A DNA stretch of 32,000 bases from Nitrosopumilaceae archaeon (GTDB lineage: Archaea; Thermoproteota; Nitrososphaeria; Nitrososphaerales; Nitrosopumilaceae): assembly GCA_035528495.1 (NCBI GenBank), contig DATKYM010000037.1, forward strand, positions 11,866 to 43,865, written 5' to 3'. Every line of letters starts with the position of its first letter. Positions within the stretch are counted from its first letter, which is position 1. A model generated the notes under the pieces. The model worked only from the letters and a program-made list of their open reading frames with translations, was not told the origin of the DNA and made no database searches. Below, piece after piece: positions 26,070 through 32,000 of this stretch. The position numbers were made by a program, and so were the translations under genes.

Positions 26070-27002
26070 TTATTCATCTTCGTATAACCAGCACTGAACA
26101 TAGCCCGTTTTGGTTTTAAATTTAGGAGGAAGTTTTTTGCATTTTTCAATTGCAAGTGGACATCGTTCTAGAAATCTACATTCAGTTGGTGGTACTAATA
26201 GACTAGGTGGATTTCCTTTGATGTATGTCGGCCTATCACCTCGTAAAGTAGGAATAGATTTTAACAATCCTTGCGTGTAAGGATGCTTGGGGTTTTTGTA
26301 GATTTCAAATGAAGAGCCAAACTCCACCATTTGTCCACCATACATAATTCCAATCTTATCTGCAATTTCAGATAAAACTGCTAAATCGTGAGTGATTAGC
26401 ATAAAAGACATGCCATCTTTTTTGAGTTTTTTTAAAAGGTTGATTATTTGTGCCTGAATAAGAACGTCTAGGGCAGTCGTAGGCTCATCGGCTATTACAA
26501 ATTTTGGTTTTAAAAGTAATGCCATGGCAATGACTACTCTTTGCTTCATGCCACCACTTAGTTCATGAGGATATTTCTTTAAAATATCTTCATCGAGACT
26601 TACAGAGTGAATCGCATCTCGGATAATTTTCTCAATATCACCTTGAAAATTATGTTGCTTTAGGATCTCTACGAATTGATTCTTTATTGTAAAAACTGGA
26701 TCAAGTGAATTCATAGCCCCCTGAAAAATCATAGATATTTTCTTCCACCTATACTGTTCATTAAACTCAGTTTCAGAAAGATCCAAAATCGATTTACCAT
26801 CTAAAATAATTTTTCCTTCAGTCTTGCCTCCAGAAAGCATTCTAATTATTGATAATCCAAGGGTACTTTTTCCACATGCACTTTCTCCAGCAATACCGAT
26901 TGATTGGCCTTCAGGCAAATCAAAATTCACATTTTCAACAGCATATACAGGACCTTGGGAAGAAGAATAGCGAGCAACAAGATCCCTTACAGACAATTCC
27001 AT
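26070..27002 (-). CDS. ABC transporter ATP-binding protein, Opp/Dpp (peptide/nickel) D-type
   Basis: 310-aa ORF with Walker A GESACGKST, signature LSGGMKQR, Walker B FVIADEPTTALD, and the oligopeptide-type C-terminal extension NPKHPYTQGLL...C-x5-C-x4-C. Confidence 0.9.
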   Translation of the reverse strand: MELSVRDLVARYSSSQGPVYAVENVNFDLPEGQSIGIAGESACGKSTLGLSIIRMLSGGKTEGKIILDGKSILDLSETEFNEQYRWKKISMIFQGAMNSLDPVFTIKNQFVEILKQHNFQGDIEKIIRDAIHSVSLDEDILKKYPHELSGGMKQRVVIAMALLLKPKFVIADEPTTALDVLIQAQIINLLKKLKKDGMSFMLITHDLAVLSEIADKIGIMYGGQMVEFGSSFEIYKNPKHPYTQGLLKSIPTLRGDRPTYIKGNPPSLLVPPTECRFLERCPLAIEKCKKLPPKFKTKTGYVQCWLYEDE

Positions 27003-27084
27003 ACCTTTAATGGATCCGTCCTTAGATTTCTGCTTTTCACTAAGGATATAAACAACTTTGTTAGAATGAAAAAAGTCGATTCAA

Positions 27085-27600
27085 ATGAAACTTCCAATAT
27101 GTATTTTTGATGCTAAAAATTCAGTTCTTTGTCCACAATGTGAAAATAAAGTACAAGAAGGTCAATTAACAAAGTCAGATGTTGATGCATCAATCAAATT
27201 AGCACAATTGTCAAAATTAAACAAGGATATCGATAAATTCACATTATATTCTTGCAAAGAATTTGACGGAAATTTTGTTTTGTCCCTTTCGAAAAATGAT
27301 ATAATGACAATAAGACAAAGTAGAGTTCTCTACAGACTTCTCCAAGAACAGTTTCAAGGAAAAATATGGCTAGTTGAAGCAGAGGAAAATGATCAAAAAT
27401 TCATAGAAGATATGTTATTTCCAACAAAAATTTTGTCCATAAATTCAGTATGGGCTCCCGGGGAGATACAAAAAACAAAAGCAATCGTATCCGGGAAGTG
27501 GACTCCAAGATTTCCGATAAATACTGAAACAGTGATTCAAATTGTAAAAAACGCCCGAAACCTTGACATTGAGATAGAATTTGAAAACAAACGAGCGTGA
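27085..27600 (+). CDS. NusA-like KH-fold protein with N-terminal Cys cluster and degenerate GxxG loops
   Basis: 171-aa ORF. EENDQKFIEDMLFPTKILSINSVW..KTKAIVS parallels the inter-KH region of archaeal NusA. However, IRQSRVLYRLL sits where a KH GxxG loop would be. Confidence 0.45.
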   Translation: MKLPICIFDAKNSVLCPQCENKVQEGQLTKSDVDASIKLAQLSKLNKDIDKFTLYSCKEFDGNFVLSLSKNDIMTIRQSRVLYRLLQEQFQGKIWLVEAEENDQKFIEDMLFPTKILSINSVWAPGEIQKTKAIVSGKWTPRFPINTETVIQIVKNARNLDIEIEFENKRA

Positions 27601-27605
27601 TTTGA

Positions 27606-28892
27606 CTGGGTTTTGTAAAAACACATGATATCTCTGATCTAAATGAAGATCTGATTGGAAAACAAGTAACCCTCGGAGGGTGGATAGAAGATTTGCGTAA
27701 ACTAGGAAAAATGACATTCATTACACTTCGAGACATTTCTGGAATTTCACAAGTTATCGTGAAAGGTGAATTAAATGACAATCTAGGAGAAATGAATCGA
27801 CAAAGTGCAGTTATGATTAAAGGAATAGTTCAAGAAACAAAAGCTCGTGATTTTAATTTTGAGATAAAGGCCGAAGAGATCGAGGTATTGGCAAAAGCTG
27901 TTCATCCTTTACCAGTAGATCCAATGGGACGAGTTGAGAGCAACATTGACACAAGATTAAATCATCGTGCACTTGATATGAGAAATCCCAAGACAGCATC
28001 AATTTTTAAATTGAGACATTATGTTTTAGAAACCATACGCAATTCGCTCTCACGAAAAAAGTTTATCGAGATTACAACTCCAAAAATAATTGGGAGTGCA
28101 AGTGAAGGTGGGGCCGACTTGTTTTCACTAGATTATTTTGGAAAAACAGCGTATCTTGCACAAAGCCCTCAATTATACAAAGAGCAAATGACCATTGGGC
28201 TGGAACGAGTGTATGAGATATCAAATTTCTACAGAGCAGAAAATTCACATACGGGTCGCCATCTTAGTGAATTTACAAGTGTGGATATTGAAGCTGCATT
28301 TTTGGATTATAATGATGTAATGGATATTTTAGAAAATTTGATACTAGAGGTTTACAAGTATGCATCTGAAAACTGTAAAAAAGAACAAGAAGCTATCGGG
28401 CACACAATTGAGGTTCCATCATCTCCATTTGAGAGGATAACATACAGTCAAGTAATTGATGAACTAAAACAAAACGGTGAGAAGATAGAATTCGGAGATG
28501 ATTTGCTTGACTCCCATCTAAGAATAATTGGAGAGAAACATCCAGGATTTTTCTTTCTTACAGATTGGCCCATGAAGTTAAAACCATTTTACATTCGAGA
28601 AAAGGATGAAGATCCTTCACTTTCACGCTCATTTGATCTTCAATATGGTTATCTAGAATTATCATCAGGTGGGACAAGACTTCACAATACAGATGTGCTC
28701 AAGGCAAGACTCAAAGAGCAAGGACTGGATCCTGCTCAGTTTGCAGACCACCTTCAAACTTTTGATTGGGGCATGCCACCCCATTCAGGATGGGGGATGG
28801 GATTAGACAGACTCATGACTACACTAATTGGAATAGATAATGTGCGCGAGGTAGTTTTGTATCCAAGAGATCCTGATAGATTAAAACCGTAG
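27606..28892 (+). CDS. aspS: aspartyl-tRNA synthetase (archaeal/eukaryotic type); start codon unresolved
   Basis: It has class II motifs (FYRAE, GGTRLH, GMGLDRL) and the OB-fold N-terminus KTHDISDLNEDLIGKQVTLGGWIEDLRKLGKMTFITLRD. The first canonical start in frame is TTG 27693, but conserved sequence extends up to the in-frame TGA at 27603-27605. The 5' boundary is therefore given as the first sense codon (CTG 27606). Confidence 0.85.
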   Translation: MGFVKTHDISDLNEDLIGKQVTLGGWIEDLRKLGKMTFITLRDISGISQVIVKGELNDNLGEMNRQSAVMIKGIVQETKARDFNFEIKAEEIEVLAKAVHPLPVDPMGRVESNIDTRLNHRALDMRNPKTASIFKLRHYVLETIRNSLSRKKFIEITTPKIIGSASEGGADLFSLDYFGKTAYLAQSPQLYKEQMTIGLERVYEISNFYRAENSHTGRHLSEFTSVDIEAAFLDYNDVMDILENLILEVYKYASENCKKEQEAIGHTIEVPSSPFERITYSQVIDELKQNGEKIEFGDDLLDSHLRIIGEKHPGFFFLTDWPMKLKPFYIREKDEDPSLSRSFDLQYGYLELSSGGTRLHNTDVLKARLKEQGLDPAQFADHLQTFDWGMPPHSGWGMGLDRLMTTLIGIDNVREVVLYPRDPDRLKP

Positions 28893-28944
28893 CACCTAAA
28901 AAATTAAAAATCATATTTTTATTAGGAAAAAATTAACATCCTCC

Positions 28945-29202
28945 ATGATAAACCCAGAAGATGCAAAAAAGGTAGTAGAAGTAATTGGAAACAACCTAAT
29001 TGGCGTATCACATGATTCAAACAATTTTCAAAAACTTCCAGATTCTTTTTGGGGATATTTTGCCAGAGGACATGACAAAAAAGGAGCTTTTGGAGTGATT
29101 TTGACTTATTCTGAAAACAAAGAAGACGTAGACCACCTAATCAAAATGTATGAAGAATGGGTCGCAAAAAATAAAAATAAAGAAACAGAGAAATCTATTT
29201 AG
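28945..29202 (+). CDS. hypothetical protein (85 aa)
   Basis: ORF track only; protein-like composition. No family recognised. Confidence 0.45.
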   Translation: MINPEDAKKVVEVIGNNLIGVSHDSNNFQKLPDSFWGYFARGHDKKGAFGVILTYSENKEDVDHLIKMYEEWVAKNKNKETEKSI

Positions 29203-29326
29203 TTTCATGTAGCAATTTTCTATACCCTTGACATTCACTACAAATCGGTTTGTCTTTGTATTTTGGATTACCATCGGTGATTTTTAGAGTGGCTTTGTTT
29301 GTCTTGCAGATGCAACAGTCTACCAT
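29195..29326 (-). CDS. unannotated 43-aa zinc-ribbon micro-protein
   Basis: Hand translation: MVDCCICKTNKATLKITDGNPKYKDKPICSECQGYRKLLHETK* (CCxC...CxxC). Its 3' end overlaps the 28945-29202 stop convergently by 8 nt. Confidence 0.4.
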   Translation of the reverse strand: MVDCCICKTNKATLKITDGNPKYKDKPICSECQGYRKLLHETK

Positions 29327-29535
29327 GTACACCTGACTATAAAATGTGATTAATAAAAATTGATAGTTTAACGAAATTACAAATTAATAACATCTATTTC
29401 ACTCAAAAGTCATTAATTTTCCTTTTTCAAGTTACTTTTTTCAAGATTTAATCCAGATAAACAAAATATCATTGACCAAACAAAGCCACATCATTGATAA
29501 ATAATAATTGAAAAAATAGAAGTAAAAAAAATTAA

Positions 29536-29649
29536 TTATGCCGTAGGATTTGTAACTTTTTTTTCGTCTCTGTCCCTTTTACAGAAATTACAGTATTCCT
29601 CTGAAGAATTACTATTAATCGGAGTCAGGCAATCGCCACAATATTTCAT
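29536..29649 (-). CDS. unannotated 37-aa zinc-ribbon micro-protein
   Basis: Hand translation: MKYCGDCLTPINSNSSEEYCNFCKRDRDEKKVTNPTA* (CxxC-x12-CxxC). Confidence 0.4.
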   Translation of the reverse strand: MKYCGDCLTPINSNSSEEYCNFCKRDRDEKKVTNPTA

Positions 29650-29695
29650 CGTTATTGTATACTTGGGGCAGTATATTAGGTAGACAGTTTGGCCT

Positions 29696-30715
29696 TTATA
29701 GTGATAATTTGTCTGTAATTTCTTTAGTAAATTCTATCGTGGTTTTATCACCACCAATATCCTTTGTTTTTATTCCATTTTTCACTAGCTCAAAAATAAC
29801 GGATTCTAATTTTTCTCCGACTTTGAGGCATTTAGAGTCTTTATTTTTTGCCCCAAGCCAATCAAACATCATTTTAATTGATAGTAAAAAGGATGAAGGA
29901 TTTGCGATATTTTGACCTGCAATGTCAAATGCAGCTCCGTGAACGGGTTCAAACAATGCAAATTTATCGCCAATATTAGCAGCTGGAGCCATACCTAAGC
30001 CACCTACTACTTGGGATGATTCATCAGATAAGATATCTCCAAACAAATTGGTAGTGACTATAACATCGAATTGATCAGGCTGTCGAATTAAATTCATTGC
30101 ACACGCATCAACATACATTTGCTCAAAAGAAATATCAGGATAATTCAATGCCACCTCAGAACAAGATTTTGCAAATAATCCATCTGTAATTCTCATAACA
30201 TTTGATTTGTGAACGCATGTTACCTTTCTCATAGAATCTCTTTGTTTGGCAGTTTCAAAAGCATATTTTGCAATTCGTTTTGATGCCTTTTCAGATATAA
30301 TTCTCAAGGCAACTGCAGAGTCACCTAAACTAAATTCTTTTCCAATGTAAAGATCCTCAGTATTCTCCCTAACAATTACCATATCAATATCATCTCTTAA
30401 TGCAGGCATATGAGGATAGGATTTAGCAGGTCTAATGTTTGCATAAAGATCCAGCATTCTTCTAAGAACCACAATTACATCTGCTGCACTTTCACCAACT
30501 GGTGCTTTGAGACATACATCGGATTTTTTGATTGCATTTATTGTTTCATCTGGAAGTGCTTTTCCCGTTTCTTTCAGAGCAGTATCTCCTGCTTGAAGTT
30601 TTGTGATTTCAAATTTTAAATCAAGTTTGTCATTAATGGTTTCTAATACTGAAATTGCGGATGCGGAAAGCTCAGGGCCAATTCCATCGCCAGTGATTAG
30701 AGATATTTTGTACAT
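29696..30715 (-). CDS. isocitrate/3-isopropylmalate dehydrogenase family (beta-decarboxylating dehydrogenase)
   Basis: 339-aa ORF with the N-terminus ITGDGIGPEL, plus RENTEDLY, TNLFGDILSDE and GLGMAPAANIG. Substrate specificity cannot be called from the sequence by eye. Confidence 0.88.
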   Translation of the reverse strand: MYKISLITGDGIGPELSASAISVLETINDKLDLKFEITKLQAGDTALKETGKALPDETINAIKKSDVCLKAPVGESAADVIVVLRRMLDLYANIRPAKSYPHMPALRDDIDMVIVRENTEDLYIGKEFSLGDSAVALRIISEKASKRIAKYAFETAKQRDSMRKVTCVHKSNVMRITDGLFAKSCSEVALNYPDISFEQMYVDACAMNLIRQPDQFDVIVTTNLFGDILSDESSQVVGGLGMAPAANIGDKFALFEPVHGAAFDIAGQNIANPSSFLLSIKMMFDWLGAKNKDSKCLKVGEKLESVIFELVKNGIKTKDIGGDKTTIEFTKEITDKLSL

Positions 30716-30827
30716 GTTGATTTTTCAAGCTAGTGAATTTTAAATGATTAGTTTCATCGTTAACCGCTAATCTAACGGTTGATTTCACATATTACTTAGG
30801 TACAAACTAGCATTTAATTCTTGATCA

Positions 30828-30875
30828 AAGTGTTAACGAGTTTATCCATGCGAACAAATGACTATATAATTAAAG
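30828..30875 (+). repeat. cassette copy B (short form): AAGTGTTAACGAGTTTATC (30828-30846) + 15 nt + CTATATAATTAAAG (30862-30875)
   Basis: The 19-nt motif is identical to the start of copies A and C. The TATA-like block matches the blocks of A and C at 11-12 of 14 positions. Confidence 0.65.
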
Positions 30876-30877
30876 AT

Positions 30878-31073
30878 CTAGGCAGATTTGATTTTATCAC
30901 AAGTTTGTTTAATTTTAGATATTAGTTCTTTGACACCCTCTTTATTATTGAGCCTGAAATAGATTGTAGAATCCACTCAATAATCACTTTAACCAATCAG
31001 TAATGAGATGATTGTTTGTTTCTCTAAATAGAATCACATCTACTCCTTTCTTTACAGCCTTTATCCGATACAT
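30878..31073 (-). pseudogene. two adjacent mini-ORFs (29 and 32 aa) in different frames; possible frameshifted remnant of one ~65-aa gene
   Basis: Hand translation: 31073-30984 gives MYRIKAVKKGVDVILFRETNNHLITDWLK*. After 7 nt, GTG 30976-30878 gives VDSTIYFRLNNKEGVKELISKIKQTCDKIKSA*. No family recognised. Confidence 0.2.
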
Positions 31074-31118
31074 GCTTGACTATTGAAAAAATGATTAATG
31101 ATCTATGGGTTATTATGA

Positions 31119-31249
31119 AAAATAGAGTTTAGAAAACCAGTTACTCTATTAGTCAGATAGTGTATAGTAAAGTATCGTAGTGGTGTGAGTTTGCATATCC
31201 GTTAGGAAGGACTGAATTAACTACTCAGCTACGAAAATAGAGTTTAGAA
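31119..31249 (+). repeat. local direct repeats: AAAATAGAGTTTAGAA at 31119-31134 and 31234-31249; TGTGAGTTTG at 31184-31193 and 31339-31348
   Basis: Read directly from the sequence. CCGTTAGGAAGGA (31199-31211) also resembles CCTTAGGAACGGA, which lies downstream of cassette copy A (14999-15011). Confidence 0.55.
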
Positions 31250-31253
31250 TCTA

Positions 31254-31332
31254 AAGTGTTAACGAGTTTATCGACTGTTAGTAAAAAGGGAAAGCCCCCC
31301 TCGCAGTCACGAAAAACGCGATATAACTAAAG
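31254..31332 (+). repeat. cassette copy C: AAGTGTTAACGAGTTTATCGACTGTTAGTAAAAA (31254-31287), C-run, TATA-like block CGATATAACTAAAG (31319-31332)
   Basis: It is 32/34 identical to copy A. As in copy A, it is followed by a C-run (GCCCCCCTC vs TCCCCCTCCCC). The motif starts 141 nt upstream of the ATG of the AbiV-like gene. Confidence 0.7.
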
Positions 31333-31394
31333 TTATGATGTGAGTTTGTTTGTTGGAAATTCGTTATAACTAACATTTCATAAACTCATTCTTA

Positions 31395-32000
31395 ATGGAA
31401 AAAAGCAAATTTTTTGATATGACTGAATCACAAATCAAAAGCGGAGTTAGAAAAGCATTATTGAATGCTACAACATTGGCTGCATACTCTAAGGATATCG
31501 TTGAAAGGGGAGGAAACGAAGTTCTTGCTTTAGGATTGTTTTCTTTTGCAATTGAGGAATTTGGAAAATCCGCATTATTGTCAGAATGCTTGATTAAAAA
31601 ACAAAAAATGTATCGTGTACCAATACAATTTTTTACAGGAAAAAAATCTCACGATATAAAATTTGAAAAAGCATTATCCACATTACCTAAAGAATGTACA
31701 AATTTTGAAGCCGGAATAATTCGTCTGACTTCTGAAAATGAAACTAAAACTCTGGATGTTGGATCTAAAGAGGAAATTGTTAGTATTCCTAAAGGATTAA
31801 CTGGGGTATTTTCTGCAGGTGATTTACCAATAGATTTTGAAACAAGAATGAATTGCTTTTATCTTGATTGGGATCATCAGAAAAATAAATGGAGGAGTCC
31901 TCCAAAAGTTTTACCTGAACCACTGGAAAAAGCGATAATATATTTTGAAACCCATTTAGCAGAAAAATTAGATGTGGAGTATGACATTAAAAGGTCATAA
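31395..32000 (+). CDS. AbiV-family (HEPN-like) abortive-infection protein homologue
   Basis: 201-aa ORF whose stop is the last codon of the window. The N-terminal pattern MTESQIKSGVRKALLNATTLAAYSKDIVERGGNEVLALGLFSFAIEEFGKSALL matches the AbiV layout as I remember it (NA..L...A..L, then A.EE.GK). Confidence 0.55.
   Translation: MEKSKFFDMTESQIKSGVRKALLNATTLAAYSKDIVERGGNEVLALGLFSFAIEEFGKSALLSECLIKKQKMYRVPIQFFTGKKSHDIKFEKALSTLPKECTNFEAGIIRLTSENETKTLDVGSKEEIVSIPKGLTGVFSAGDLPIDFETRMNCFYLDWDHQKNKWRSPPKVLPEPLEKAIIYFETHLAEKLDVEYDIKRS

Noticed and set aside
26904-27781. ORFs 26904-27110 (+), 27401-27781 (-) and 27445-27717 (-)
   Set aside because: They overlap the ABC ATPase, the NusA-like gene and aspS, and show no motifs.
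29655-30619. Plus-strand ORFs 29655-29915 and 30410-30619
   Set aside because: They are antisense to the clearly identified IDH/IPMDH-family gene.
14952-31287. The 34-nt direct repeats at 14952 and 31254 as att sites flanking a 16-kb integrated element
   Set aside because: The interval contains core genes (aspS, the NusA-like gene, an IDH/IPMDH-family gene, DNA glycosylases). It has no integrase and no tRNA target. A third copy lies inside it. Repeated regulatory cassettes are the better explanation.
31331-31371. Hairpin AGTTAT-N29-ATAACT with ATGATGT near its 5' end, considered as a C/D-box sRNA
   Set aside because: There is no proper C box (RUGAUGA) / D box (CUGA) pair at the expected positions, and no C'/D' boxes.
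1-32000. Search by eye for rRNA, tRNA, CRISPR arrays, IS elements and integrases
   Set aside because: I recognised no regularly spaced repeats, no tRNA-like cloverleaf ends and no transposase or integrase ORFs. Small structured RNAs cannot be excluded without tRNAscan/Infernal.

Overview
AT-rich, gene-dense archaeal chromosomal segment. The gene content is EF-1alpha + uS10, TBP, LSm, EndA, ATP-dependent DNA ligase, class V FBP aldolase/phosphatase and an archaeal-type AspRS. Gaps are short, TTG/GTG starts are frequent and tiny Cys-rich ORFs are common. Together this looks like a marine ammonia-oxidising thaumarchaeon (Nitrosopumilus-like); that is inference, as no search was possible. I support about 45 protein genes, including about 12 mini-ORFs below the 60-aa cut-off of the ORF track that I translated by hand. 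I recognised no rRNA, tRNA, CRISPR array, transposase or integrase. Most of the window is housekeeping. The observations worth a second look are: (1) A translationally coupled pair at 7968-10201: an atypical double-SDR protein plus a degenerate hot-dog protein. From memory, its motif architecture resembles the aldehyde-forming half of Chloroflexus-type malonyl-CoA reductase, so it is a candidate for the unassigned CoA-reductase step of the thaumarchaeal 3HP/4HB cycle. (2) A composite promoter-like cassette (19-34 nt motif AAGTGTTAACGAGTTTATC... plus a TATATAAC-NAAAG block) in three intergenic copies. Two copies sit in a repeat-scrambled 680-bp non-coding zone directly upstream of an AbiV/HEPN-like abortive-infection gene at the window edge. 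(3) Unannotated Cys-rich micro-proteins that explain most of the 'empty' intergenic gaps, including a three-gene ATGA-coupled micro-operon and recurring CxCxC and C2H2-like motif types. (4) An AspRS whose conserved N-terminus lies upstream of any canonical start codon. (5) A secreted MltA-like 3D-domain protein in an organism expected to lack murein. Functional calls rest on motif recognition by eye and need HMM/structure searches.
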